From the IMG/VR virus record IMGVR_UViG_3300041964_000014, positions 32,001 through 96,000 of that record: DNA of 64,000 nucleotides; one strand, given 5' to 3'. Of this stretch, positions 29,111-38,380 are shown piece by piece. Position 1 is the first letter of the stretch. The number at the start of each line of letters is the position of its first letter. Both the position numbers and the translations under genes were made by a program. The notes under the pieces are model-generated. The model saw only the letters and a program-made list of their open reading frames with translations, ran no database searches and had not been told where the DNA came from. The stretch is from a virus.

Positions 29111-29383
29111 ATGCGTTTAGTTTTGAAGTTGAAGAATGCTGAAAATCTGTACTATAGTAACAGCACCCGGACAGGATTAACAAGGTCTATCAAAAAAGCT
29201 ACTAACTGCAACATTAAAAGGTTGGTAGACATCTCTCCCAGGCTGTTAGACGTGTTTGACTTACTTGTGGTAGAGCCAGGTAAAACAATGGAGTCTACTA
29301 TGCAGTTTCCCGACAAAAACACTCAGGAAATATATCAGTCCTTGATCGATGCATTTTCTAACGGGGTTCCTCACGTTGAGTAA
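29111..29383 (+). CDS. hypothetical protein
   Basis: ORF in array. Confidence 0.55.
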   Translation: MRLVLKLKNAENLYYSNSTRTGLTRSIKKATNCNIKRLVDISPRLLDVFDLLVVEPGKTMESTMQFPDKNTQEIYQSLIDAFSNGVPHVE

Positions 29384-29396
29384 ATAGTAGTATAGT

Positions 29397-29432
29397 GTCC
29401 GAAATAATAGCTTCCTCCTTGTTGTTTCGGAC
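29397..29432. repeat. inverted pair of the GTCCGAAA motif
   Basis: gtccgaaataatag ... cttgttgtttcggac. Confidence 0.85.
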
Positions 29433-29466
29433 TTCTAATGTGTAGATAATTATTTAGGAGATACAA

Positions 29467-29967
29467 ATGGTTGACCACATAATTAGCAAAGAATTAGCTA
29501 AAGCATTGGCAAGTACCTTAACACCGGGAAGTGACGTTCAAGTTGTGGCAGAAACTACTTATAAGCTTGTGGTATTGGAAGGACGGGGATTAAAAGACAA
29601 CGAAGAATTGTATGTAGTTCCGCCAGACCCTAATTCAGAAGTAGATGAAGACATTCGTAATAATTTCTCGGAAGGTATGTTTCCTCCGGGAATGCGGCTA
29701 AAATTAGCCAGACTGTTACGCCATGTTACGAGAAAACAGCTGACACTGCGACAATGCAAAGAACTATCTGAGTACCTATCTCCGACTAGTGAAAGCTTTG
29801 TACAGCAACTTCAGGGTAAGTACAGCAATTGTAGACCGTTACAAGTAAACAGCTTTACTCAGACTCAAGTAGGGCAGATAGCTCATATTATTAGTATTGC
29901 GACTAATTACGCTCTGTCGTATGAGGACGCTGCAAAAGTAGCACAGCATATTGTTGATTTGTGGTAG
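29467..29967 (+). CDS. hypothetical protein with degenerate bL12-CTD-like segment, paralog of 30397..30882
   Basis: shared ETYKLV, F.EG, LKLARLLRHVT..LTLRQCKEL.EYL. Confidence 0.6.
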   Translation: MVDHIISKELAKALASTLTPGSDVQVVAETTYKLVVLEGRGLKDNEELYVVPPDPNSEVDEDIRNNFSEGMFPPGMRLKLARLLRHVTRKQLTLRQCKELSEYLSPTSESFVQQLQGKYSNCRPLQVNSFTQTQVGQIAHIISIATNYALSYEDAAKVAQHIVDLW

Positions 29968-29974
29968 TTACAAG

Positions 29975-30097
29975 ATGAAGTGTCAACATTGCGGTAGTAG
30001 CAATCTTAGTTTCGTGCAAATAATCACTATGTACTCTAAAAAGTACAAGGATTATAGATGTAACGATTGTCGTAAGAACACAGCCTTCACAGCATAA
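29975..30097 (+). CDS. 40-aa zinc-ribbon protein
   Basis: MKCQHCGSSN...YRCNDCRK; not in the ORF track. Confidence 0.6.
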   Translation: MKCQHCGSSNLSFVQIITMYSKKYKDYRCNDCRKNTAFTA

Positions 30098-30102
30098 ACA
30101 TA

Positions 30103-30333
30103 ATGGAAACTCTCCACAGTCCTAACAGTGATGTATTTAAGTTTGCAGTATTTGATGAAGTGAGTTTCGCCATGTTAGCTAATGTGGCTAATAAATTGTA
30201 TTTGTATCGGGGGATAACCCCGAAAGTCTGGAAAGAGTTGCTAGCAGCTGAAAGCAAAGGTAGGTATTTCAATGTGCAAATTAAAGATCGGTATCAGACT
30301 ACGGAGTTAAATAGTCTGGATATTGTGAAGTAA
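30103..30333 (+). CDS. KTSC domain protein
   Basis: YLYRGITPKVWKELLAAESKGRYFNVQIKDRY. Confidence 0.85.
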   Translation: METLHSPNSDVFKFAVFDEVSFAMLANVANKLYLYRGITPKVWKELLAAESKGRYFNVQIKDRYQTTELNSLDIVK

Positions 30334-30396
30334 CTTGCTTACTACGGGAAATTTCTTCGGGGTGTCTACTATTTACTTACCTAAGGGAGTTATATC

Positions 30397-30882
30397 ATGT
30401 CTACGAATCTTACACTCGACCAAGCCAAACAATTTGCTCAAGCGTTACCCTACGATAGTAACTTAAGGGTAGTTGTCGCTAGTACTGAGACTTATAAGCT
30501 CGTTAATGCTGACGAGTATGCGCCGCAACCGGGAGAATCGTATTGGGCAACAACACCTAGTGTAATAAGTCAGATTCAGAATCGATTTCCTGAAGGTTAT
30601 TTGTCTGGCAACTCATGTATCAAATTAATTAAGTTGCTTCGGACTATTGACACCAACTTAGGACTTCGCGAAGCCAAAGATGTTGCCGACTACTTACTTC
30701 CATCCATAGAGGCGACAAAAGAAAAGTGGAAACAGCAAATCTCAGATAGCACTGCCTTACAGGACAATAAGTTTTTTGGTTGTGATGCCTCCGCTTTGGA
30801 AGACTTAATTGAAATACTCACGAATGATCAGCTTAATTCCGAGGATGTGAAAGAAATTGTGAATGTATTAATCGGTAAGTAA
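30397..30882 (+). CDS. protein with ribosomal bL12 C-terminal-domain-like segment
   Basis: IKLIKLLRTIDTNLGLREAKDVAD resembles KI.VIK.VR..TGLGLKEAK.LVE. Confidence 0.6.
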   Translation: MSTNLTLDQAKQFAQALPYDSNLRVVVASTETYKLVNADEYAPQPGESYWATTPSVISQIQNRFPEGYLSGNSCIKLIKLLRTIDTNLGLREAKDVADYLLPSIEATKEKWKQQISDSTALQDNKFFGCDASALEDLIEILTNDQLNSEDVKEIVNVLIGK

Positions 30883-30896
30883 ACGTTAAGCAAAGA

Positions 30897-30930
30897 GTCC
30901 GAAATAACAAGACACTTATTTATTTCGGAC
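30897..30930. repeat. inverted pair of the GTCCGAAA motif
   Basis: gtccgaaataacaag-aca-cttatttatttcggac. Confidence 0.9.
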
Positions 30931-30961
30931 TTCTGCATTCCTATTCCAAAAGGAGATTTCT

Positions 30962-31492
30962 ATGTTGGTGCCTAATGTTGCCAGATGTATACGCAGCTTG
31001 TTTTCTAAGCCTCCTTTGCATTTGAAGCATTCCGATTGGAGCTATGTATTTAAGTGTTCATCTGGGTACGTAATCGCGGGCATCCCTTTATCGGAAACAA
31101 CGCGAATTCCGTCGCATAGCTTACTTGTAGAACTTTACGCGGATGAGAAAGGAGACTCGTATCACTTTGGTAAGTTTGCTGACGGCTCAGTAATACAACT
31201 CAATCCGGTACATTGGTCAGAAACACCTCCACAGCTAGTTTGGCATCCCCCTGATTTTGATATTTGGGATAAGTTATCTGTAGCAGGATTAGCTCCGAGA
31301 TACCCTAAAGAGCAAATAGATAAAGCTTGTCAAGCCGAGAAAACACTTAAAGAAGCTTACTCACAGTATGAAGCCACAATGAAACAGTTGGGAGCTGAAC
31401 TAGTAGATGAACGTTGGGAAAACTTGGAATGCTATCAATTTCCTACCCATCCGTTAATAGAGTTTTATGCTGACTCCGAATTAGGAGAATAA
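30962..31492 (+). CDS. hypothetical protein
   Basis: AGGAG RBS, ORF. Confidence 0.6.
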   Translation: MLVPNVARCIRSLFSKPPLHLKHSDWSYVFKCSSGYVIAGIPLSETTRIPSHSLLVELYADEKGDSYHFGKFADGSVIQLNPVHWSETPPQLVWHPPDFDIWDKLSVAGLAPRYPKEQIDKACQAEKTLKEAYSQYEATMKQLGAELVDERWENLECYQFPTHPLIEFYADSELGE

Positions 31493-31498
31493 GTTTAT

Positions 31499-31717
31499 AT
31501 GAATATCCGTATAACTGCCAAGAAAGTACTGTGGGCTTCAGTGCATAGAACTGGGGAGTCTAAGCTTCAAGCGGGAGAGTCAGCCACAATTACCAAAGCC
31601 GTGGTAGCTCACCCGACTAATCCTCTGTATGAGGTGACTAAAGCGGATGGTAAACAATTTGTGGTGTATCGTGACGATTTAGTTGAATGTGGGGCTTTAG
31701 ATAGAATACCGGAATGA
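31499..31717 (+). CDS. hypothetical protein
   Basis: AGGAG RBS, ORF. Confidence 0.55.
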   Translation: MNIRITAKKVLWASVHRTGESKLQAGESATITKAVVAHPTNPLYEVTKADGKQFVVYRDDLVECGALDRIPE

Positions 31718-31740
31718 TGTAATAGTCCGAAACAATAAGG

Positions 31741-32061
31741 GTGTGTTTGCTACTTCCGATGTTGTTATTTAATGGTAAGGAGTTACTAATGACGGCTACC
31801 GTAATATACGTTGCGAGTTTAGTGGTATTAAAATTAGATGGTACTATTCACACTAAACCAGTTATTAGTAACCCCGCAGCTTATTCCTCCTTGTCAAGTT
31901 TTGTTGAGAGTTGTGTTACCAATATTAAAAGTGTGGCGGAGTTTAGTAATACTAAAATAGTGGGTTGTTTTGCTCATGAGGTACTCGATATTAGTACTGG
32001 TAAAGTAATGGTATTAGATGAGGTTAGTTTTATGGAGGATAATAGACCAACTATCAATTAA
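31741..32061 (+). CDS. hypothetical protein (likely start MTATV)
   Basis: ORF, RBS before internal ATG. Confidence 0.5.
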   Translation: MCLLLPMLLFNGKELLMTATVIYVASLVVLKLDGTIHTKPVISNPAAYSSLSSFVESCVTNIKSVAEFSNTKIVGCFAHEVLDISTGKVMVLDEVSFMEDNRPTIN

Positions 32062-32129
32062 GCCCCGCAGTTAGGTAGTCTTTATTGTTTCGGACACTTA
32101 GTAGTTAGCAAGTTAAAAAGGGTAAGACT

Positions 32130-32468
32130 ATGGATGAGAATTACAAACGTAAATGGCAAGAAGCTCTACGCAATGGGGGCTATCTTAAAACAGAAGGGGT
32201 ACTAAGAGATAGTACTACTGGAATGCCTTGTTTTTGTGCAGTAGGAGTATTAGCAGATATCTTTGTTCAAGAATCCGATAACTATTACTGGGATGAGGAT
32301 GACTATTTAGTGGATAAGACTACTAAGCTTAAGTATTACGATAGTTTACCAAGAGAGGTATTGAGCATGATAGGATTAGAAGCTTATGACGAGTGTGTCA
32401 TAACTGCAATAAATGATAAAGAAGATACGGATTTTGATCAAGTAGCCGATGCACTAGAAAGATATTAA
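32130..32468 (+). CDS. conserved phage hypothetical protein
   Basis: KWQEALR.G.Y.K..G.LR...FCAVGVL.D...ND...F..VAD pattern common in phages. Confidence 0.65.
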   Translation: MDENYKRKWQEALRNGGYLKTEGVLRDSTTGMPCFCAVGVLADIFVQESDNYYWDEDDYLVDKTTKLKYYDSLPREVLSMIGLEAYDECVITAINDKEDTDFDQVADALERY

Positions 32469-32505
32469 ACTGTTTAATTTACTAGCCCTACTTTGGAGAT
32501 TACAT

Positions 32506-33423
32506 ATGACCACTACTATGCCTAAATTAGGGCTGTGTTGTTTAACAGATGATAAGATAATTAGTTATCGCACAATAACTAAGACGAGGTTTGAGAGACT
32601 TAATTACAGCGAACAATATACTGCGCTATATAAGATATATAGCGACAATGTAGCTATGTTTGCTACAGCTATTAAATACTGTAGTGATAACGGTATTAAA
32701 ATGTACCGTGTAACAAGCCATCTATTTCCCTTTTACGAGAGTACCGTAGGAGCAGATATTTTAGATCACTTAACCGATAAGTTGCTAGATGTAGGTAATT
32801 TAGCGAGAGCATTAGATATAAGGGTAGTAATGCACCCAGATCAATGGGTAGTTCTTAGCTCCGATACTAAAGAAGTTGTGGAGCGTAGTATCCAGGAACT
32901 ACAACATCACGCACGAGTGTTTGATGATATGGGATTATCTCAGACACACTATAACTTGCTTAACATTCACGGGGGTAAGAGAGACAGGCTTAATAACCTG
33001 ATAAAGGTTATCAATGATTTACCTACCAACGTTAAGTCCCGACTCACATTGGAGAATGACGAAAACTGCTACAGTGTCAGAGAGTTGTATAAGGTACACG
33101 AGCTGACCAACATACCCATACTCTTTGATTTCCACCATTCAATTATTAATAACAAATTGTGCAGCTATGATCACAAGAAGATTACCGAAGAATACCAAGT
33201 TGCAGCCTCCACATGGTCTCAGCACAGTAACGTCACTACTCATATATCTAATGGCGCTGCTGATTTGTTGGATAGCAAGCATAGTGATTATATTGTTAGA
33301 TATCCAGAGTTACTACTCACAGTACCGTGGGTAGAGGTTGAGGCTCGGAAAAAAGAACTAGCATTGGTACAATTGAAACAAAGTTTAGAAAACTATTATG
33401 GACATGACCACACAAACAATTGA
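32506..33423 (+). CDS. uvsE: UV damage endonuclease
   Basis: LGLCC, YRVTSHLFP, MHPDQWVVLSS, NIHGG, LTLENDE, FDFHH, HSDY, EVEAR.KE. Confidence 0.92.
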   Translation: MTTTMPKLGLCCLTDDKIISYRTITKTRFERLNYSEQYTALYKIYSDNVAMFATAIKYCSDNGIKMYRVTSHLFPFYESTVGADILDHLTDKLLDVGNLARALDIRVVMHPDQWVVLSSDTKEVVERSIQELQHHARVFDDMGLSQTHYNLLNIHGGKRDRLNNLIKVINDLPTNVKSRLTLENDENCYSVRELYKVHELTNIPILFDFHHSIINNKLCSYDHKKITEEYQVAASTWSQHSNVTTHISNGAADLLDSKHSDYIVRYPELLLTVPWVEVEARKKELALVQLKQSLENYYGHDHTNN

Positions 33424-33634
33424 ATCCCCCGTAGGAATAATCGCCCGGACTGCTGACTTCACCTACTATTTAAAATCGTACCAAGTACCCGACAACTGGT
33501 TACTCCCAGAAAGTCTCCAGAAAAAGCTAGGGGCAAATGATTTGCATAAACAAGCTAGTGGTAAAGGAGTAGTCGGGAACACTCCGGGATTTACTGGCAA
33601 GATGTTGGACTTGAGTATAGTGCCTGTGGAATGA
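33398..33634 (+). CDS. hypothetical protein
   Basis: overlapping ORF chain. Confidence 0.5.
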   Translation: MDMTTQTIESPVGIIARTADFTYYLKSYQVPDNWLLPESLQKKLGANDLHKQASGKGVVGNTPGFTGKMLDLSIVPVE

Positions 33635-33852
33635 ACAAAACAGTATTTGGAACTCTCCAAAAACGCAAGGATAGAAATAAGTGGTATCTTCTAACTGATA
33701 GAGGTGCCACTTATTTTATTTCGGACTATGAGCCTTTGCTTGTACTTGTGACTTCAGGGGATATTGGAAAGAACTTTAAAGGACAAGTTACTGAAACTCC
33801 TACAGGGTTGTATAATGGATTCGTTAATAATTCAACCTTAGAACGAGCATGA
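33631..33852 (+). CDS. hypothetical protein
   Basis: ATGA overlap coupling. Confidence 0.55.
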   Translation: MNKTVFGTLQKRKDRNKWYLLTDRGATYFISDYEPLLVLVTSGDIGKNFKGQVTETPTGLYNGFVNNSTLERA

Positions 33853-34046
33853 AACGCAGAGTAACATTAATAGTTCATCCCCCTGGTTTACCTATGAAAA
33901 GTATAAAGAAGGTGTATGCAGGAGAGTACACTACTTGGGTTAATCCTGGAGATGCTATTCCACTGGCTAAATACAACTTTTACCAGGAGAATCCTAAACA
34001 TAAGAATTGGGTAATTACACGAGAAATCGAGGAACCAATGGAATGA
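33849..34046 (+). CDS. hypothetical protein
   Basis: ATGA overlap coupling. Confidence 0.55.
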   Translation: MKRRVTLIVHPPGLPMKSIKKVYAGEYTTWVNPGDAIPLAKYNFYQENPKHKNWVITREIEEPME

Positions 34047-34282
34047 TTGAAAATAACTTGCCAGATTCCCTACTCCTATACACGGGGGTAGGGTTTTATT
34101 TGTCAGTAATGTGCATCTACATTGCGGGAATGTACGATATCATTTGGTCGGCAGATGACCTTCTGCATAGAGAGAAAATAGTTAACACTATTTTTATAGT
34201 GTGCATATCTCCGCTATGGGTGCTGATTGCGTTGTATGTGTTTATAAAACCCCTCTTAACCGGAGACGATGATTACCAGTAA
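34007..34282 (+). CDS. small two-TM membrane protein
   Basis: two hydrophobic helices; likely start MIENNLP. Confidence 0.55.
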   Translation: MGNYTRNRGTNGMIENNLPDSLLLYTGVGFYLSVMCIYIAGMYDIIWSADDLLHREKIVNTIFIVCISPLWVLIALYVFIKPLLTGDDDYQ

Positions 34283-34448
34283 GTATCGCTCTCAGGCTGT
34301 TTTTGTGACAAACTAAGGAGTTGCTTTATGATGATGTTAGTACCTGCATCTACACACAAGGCATTGCACGAGATTTCCAGACTTTACAGAGTTAGTGTGC
34401 TGGATTTAATCAACTTTCATGGCAGCATATCTCAGGTACTAGAAGACT

Positions 34449-34799
34449 ATGGATACGAATACTGCGATTGAAATCTATCACAAAGATGTTAGCTACAGTT
34501 TAGTTGTAGCTAAACGTCCTATCACAATGATGTTCTTGTATCGGATCGTTAGGTTCGCATACAATGAATCATTATACAGCTACGTCCGAAATAATCAGAG
34601 CGATAATTCTGATTACTACATTCCTGGTTTAGGGGCATTTCAATTGCAAGCACTAGATCCGGGTACTGACATCACAGTCGTTCGATTAGGTGGTCATCCT
34701 GTTTCTCTTGCACGGTACTTAACACCTATGCTAGGATATACTCCAGAACTCTGGAGTGAGGAACAAGTGTTTGAGCAATTTTTGGCTCAAACCGCATAG
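34449..34799 (+). CDS. hypothetical protein upstream of the Ubl cassette
   Basis: ORF. Confidence 0.6.
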   Translation: MDTNTAIEIYHKDVSYSLVVAKRPITMMFLYRIVRFAYNESLYSYVRNNQSDNSDYYIPGLGAFQLQALDPGTDITVVRLGGHPVSLARYLTPMLGYTPELWSEEQVFEQFLAQTA

Positions 34800-34851
34800 A
34801 ACAAAGTTACGAGTTTCACTGTACACACTGTTTACTTAGAGGTTCTTTCTC

Positions 34852-35235
34852 ATGGCTAACACTAACTTTTTCGGTCGTTTCATCAATCGTGCAGCTGAAG
34901 TTGTTTTTGGTGCTAATGAATCTGATGTACAACAACCAACACTGTCTGTCGAATCATTGCAAGTTGAGCAAATCGAAAAAGATGACGCGGCTAAAACAGT
35001 TACTTTACGGGCACAAGTCGGACTTACTCCAATTGAACTTACAGTCCCCGTGGGTACAACTTACTTGGAAATGATTGAGCTTTCCAAAAAGCAAGTGCCG
35101 GGATTAAATGTCTCAGCTGAGTCCGTGACTATCTTAAATACGGATACTAATGTAACGGTGCCCAACAATGCAATGACAACTCCAGTACAGGAAGGTAACT
35201 ACTCCTTCGAGTCTACTAGCGGTACTGCGGGTTAG
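34852..35235 (+). CDS. ubiquitin-like (beta-grasp) protein 1
   Basis: beta-beta-alpha-beta pattern (VTLRAQVG/PIELTVPVGTT..E) ending YSFESTSGTAG-stop, like PRTRC protein C (..GTKG); adjacent to JAB/E2/E1. Confidence 0.75.
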   Translation: MANTNFFGRFINRAAEVVFGANESDVQQPTLSVESLQVEQIEKDDAAKTVTLRAQVGLTPIELTVPVGTTYLEMIELSKKQVPGLNVSAESVTILNTDTNVTVPNNAMTTPVQEGNYSFESTSGTAG

Positions 35236-35262
35236 AGATTGATTTAGTTCCGTCTACTGATT

Positions 35263-35295
35263 GAGATACAGGGGATTATACATCTCCTGTATTTC
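35263..35295 (+). terminator. hairpin after Ubl1
   Basis: gagatacagg...cctgtatttc followed by T-rich tail. Confidence 0.55.
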
Positions 35296-35346
35296 TTGTT
35301 TGTTTGTATAACGTCCACATTCAACTACAAAAGAACGAGAATCACT

Positions 35347-35712
35347 ATGGCTATCAATAACTTCTTCGGTCGCTTCGTTTCCAACTTCGCCCCTAAGTCC
35401 AACGAAGTCTCATTGCCTGTAGAGTCAGTAACTGCCGATATCGAAACAATCTCCGAGAACAAAGAAGATAAGACTGTGACTGTCTCGGTTACTTATAAAT
35501 TCACCAGCGAGACATTTACGGTGGCTGTGGGAACGACAATGAACAATTTGTTCAAGTTAATTGCTGCTAAGTTCTCTATTGGCTCACTCGATGCAGTGGC
35601 TATTCTTAATACTGAAACCAATAGTGTTGCAAAGCTAGCCGATGTGCAGGAAACCCCGATCACCGAAGATACTTCTCTGTCTATCGAAGACACCAGTGGT
35701 ACAGCTGGTTAA
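35347..35712 (+). CDS. ubiquitin-like (beta-grasp) protein 2
   Basis: paralog of Ubl1: MAINNFFGRF, VGTT, ILNTETN, ends IEDTSGTAG-stop. Confidence 0.75.
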   Translation: MAINNFFGRFVSNFAPKSNEVSLPVESVTADIETISENKEDKTVTVSVTYKFTSETFTVAVGTTMNNLFKLIAAKFSIGSLDAVAILNTETNSVAKLADVQETPITEDTSLSIEDTSGTAG

Positions 35713-35755
35713 TCTGGTAGCAATCAGATAGAGGATAAAGGCGCGTAGTTAATCC

Positions 35756-35786
35756 GGTCTGGGAGTGTAGTGCTTCCAGACCTTTT
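35756..35786 (+). terminator. hairpin plus U-tract after Ubl2
   Basis: ggtctgggag...cttccagacc tttt. Confidence 0.6.
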
Positions 35787-35808
35787 CTGTAATGTTTAGG
35801 AGACACAA

Positions 35809-36714
35809 ATGAGACTTATTAACGGAATGCGTGTTCGGCTAGCTACGGAATATCCGTATGGTAGTTATATCGCCAGAGATACTACCCCCGAAGAAGGTGG
35901 GCTAGAATTCGAGGCTTTGAATTATCTAGACCCTAATCCCGATCTACCGAAAATCCCCCAACAACTGTTTCGTAAGCTGAGTAAGTTCTTCTACGATTAC
36001 GCATCTAAATCTCTGGAGGTTCACGCACGAGTAGTATATAACCCTCGTGATAAAAGTTTCCGGGTGTTTGTCCCAACACAAACAATTGCCGGAGCTAGTG
36101 TTGACCACTTTGAATACTCCCATGCCGTAGACCTGGAGACGGGAGAATCAGTATCTCTTCCACACAAAGACTACGCTACTCTGTGGCAGTTTCATGTGCA
36201 TCCGTTTGCAATGCCGGGACCTTCTAGTATCGACGATAACGGTTTTCCAAACCAGCCAGGTACTGGAGAACTTGATCGCCCCGGTGGATATGGGATATTC
36301 AGTTGTTGGAATAAGAACAAAGACGGATATGCTATTTTCACCCTTCGCTGTAACGTAGTTGTTTCGGACGGATTTAAAACCCGTAACAAGAGACTAGACA
36401 TTGCTACTAGCGATGTAGTTGAAGGTGTTGAAGATGGTGAGCAGATACTTGTATACAATGTGCCTTACAGTGAATTAGCACATAGTGTTGTGTCTAGATA
36501 TATACCAAAGCCTCAAGCGAAAGTAAAAGGCGGCGTTAATCTACTTAACGTCCAGTATCTGCCTAAGAATTTTGTTTCCCAAGCACAAGCATCAGACTAT
36601 CTAGCGTTAGATAGCGTAATACACTCTCACTCTTTAGAGGAAGTGTTAATGGCACTTCAGATTAAGTACGACAAGGCTCAAATAGAAACAGCACTGAATA
36701 CAATGTTTGGCTGA
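35809..36714 (+). CDS. JAB/MPN+ (JAMM) metallo-isopeptidase
   Basis: upstream Glu (SLEV), VP.Q...GASV, then FHVHP....PSSIDD = HxH-x7-S-x2-D. Confidence 0.85.
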   Translation: MRLINGMRVRLATEYPYGSYIARDTTPEEGGLEFEALNYLDPNPDLPKIPQQLFRKLSKFFYDYASKSLEVHARVVYNPRDKSFRVFVPTQTIAGASVDHFEYSHAVDLETGESVSLPHKDYATLWQFHVHPFAMPGPSSIDDNGFPNQPGTGELDRPGGYGIFSCWNKNKDGYAIFTLRCNVVVSDGFKTRNKRLDIATSDVVEGVEDGEQILVYNVPYSELAHSVVSRYIPKPQAKVKGGVNLLNVQYLPKNFVSQAQASDYLALDSVIHSHSLEEVLMALQIKYDKAQIETALNTMFG

Positions 36715-36719
36715 TCAAT

Positions 36720-37493
36720 ATGGTACAAGTTACTACTCCACCTAACATACAAGCTATTGTGACTGTATCTGATTCTGATGAAGATACTGTTGCAAGAGGG
36801 ATGATTCTATTGTGTGATGAAATTGATGTGCGCCTACAAGTCCGCCGTGGTGTACTGTCGGAGGCAATATACTACGAGCGTTGCAGAAACTGCAAAACCA
36901 GGGCACAGAATAAGTGCATTGGGGGAATGAAAATAATCAAAGACCATCTGTGTCCCGAAGGTGTAACTGCAAGATCCGAAATAGCATATATCCCCAAAAG
37001 ATTACCTCAGCACATTGTGTACATTGATGGATCTCTGGAATACTATCTCTTTGTAGTTGAAGGGGAGATAACACCGGAAGGGAATCTCAGGGTATTTCCC
37101 ATGATGCTAGGTAACATAACTACATACGGCTCACTTTGTTCTGGAAATATGAGAACAAGGAGATGGAATTTCGCTGAATCATATGCAGCTATTTGGCAGC
37201 TGCTATGGACTGGCGATTACAACTATACAGAGCATTCTATTGCTCAGCTAATCGAGAACTGGTCTCCGGAATGGCAGAAAGAAAACTACAGATACGATGA
37301 TCTAGATACACTGTACAAAGACTTGTTTAGTTTAGTGGGAATACGTTCCTTAGATCAGACAGTAATAAGGCAGCCGGGTACTTACGATATATACAATGCT
37401 CGTGAGCTTTACTCAAGCAAAGTATCGGAACTGATAAAAGACGGATATGAATACTTGAACTGCCGAGTGCTAGGCAAAAGGATAGATAGCTAA
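36720..37493 (+). CDS. prokaryotic E2-like protein (Prok-E2 D / PRTRC B-like) with N-terminal Cys cluster
   Basis: PMMLGNITTYGSLCSGN matches N(V/I)xxxGx(I/L)CxG; position between JAB and E1. Confidence 0.65.
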   Translation: MVQVTTPPNIQAIVTVSDSDEDTVARGMILLCDEIDVRLQVRRGVLSEAIYYERCRNCKTRAQNKCIGGMKIIKDHLCPEGVTARSEIAYIPKRLPQHIVYIDGSLEYYLFVVEGEITPEGNLRVFPMMLGNITTYGSLCSGNMRTRRWNFAESYAAIWQLLWTGDYNYTEHSIAQLIENWSPEWQKENYRYDDLDTLYKDLFSLVGIRSLDQTVIRQPGTYDIYNARELYSSKVSELIKDGYEYLNCRVLGKRIDS

Positions 37494-38380
37494 TGCAACT
37501 CAATCAAACAACTTTGTATGTGGTAGGTTGTGGTGGAACGGGAGGTCGTTTGCTAGACTTACTAGCGGACTATTTTGCCTTTAGCCACAACTACCCTAAT
37601 CGTATAGTTCTAGTAGACGATGACAAAATCGAAGAACGCAATGCCGAAAGACAGGTGTTTGACAGATTAGACGCAGGTAGATATAAAGTAGAAGTACTTA
37701 AAGACCGATTTATTACAAAGTCCGGGTTTGGTCGTGTAGAAGCGCTTCCCGTAAAGTGGACACCTGAAACACTTCCCCATGATTTGGGGAAAATGTCGGA
37801 GGCAGGAGCTTCTATCAGTTTGTTTATCTGCATAGACAATGCAAGGGGGCGTAACGCACTGTGGTCGTATATAGTGGGATATTACGACTCAGTTAAGCGG
37901 GAGTACGAGAAAGCCGAAGTTGCATACAAAGGTAACTTTCTTATCGTAGATGGTGGGAATGGCACGTATGATGGTCAGGTAACTACTTGCTTACGGGTGC
38001 GCTACGAAAACTTTGACTGCATTTTAGGGCAAGACCCTAGAGTTCTTTTCGAGAACGTTCGTAACGCAGATCCCCGAATCACGGGTTGTGCCGCTGCCGA
38101 GGGCGATGACGTTGCCCAAACAGTGATGGCAAATATGCAAGTAGCCACACTTATGTTTAGTGAATTTGTTAGTGCAATAACCACTCACAAATTTCAACCG
38201 TTAATCAAGTTTGATTTACAGCAACGTCGAATGTTACCTGTCGGCGCAATGTGCGACTTGGGTGCTGAATACACGGCATTCATCACCGAAAAAACAGCCG
38301 CACTAGAAGCAGCCGCTAACACTCAAATAGTTGAGACTGCTGAAGCTACGACCGAAACAGTAATTGAAGTCACCGTTTAG
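37493..38380 (+). CDS. E1-like ThiF/MoeB adenylating enzyme (PRTRC ThiF-like)
   Basis: VVGCGGTGG, DDDKIEERNAERQ, GRYKV, CIDN..GR, DGGN....GQV, candidate catalytic Cys in TGCAA, Q...AN. Confidence 0.9.
   Translation: MQLNQTTLYVVGCGGTGGRLLDLLADYFAFSHNYPNRIVLVDDDKIEERNAERQVFDRLDAGRYKVEVLKDRFITKSGFGRVEALPVKWTPETLPHDLGKMSEAGASISLFICIDNARGRNALWSYIVGYYDSVKREYEKAEVAYKGNFLIVDGGNGTYDGQVTTCLRVRYENFDCILGQDPRVLFENVRNADPRITGCAAAEGDDVAQTVMANMQVATLMFSEFVSAITTHKFQPLIKFDLQQRRMLPVGAMCDLGAEYTAFITEKTAALEAAANTQIVETAEATTETVIEVTV

Noticed and set aside
37493-38380. ThiF as a thiamine/molybdopterin or microcin biosynthesis enzyme
   Set aside because: No ThiG/MoaE/rhodanese or peptide-export genes; E2-like and JAB neighbours and the DGGN..GQV signature fit the conjugation-type clade.
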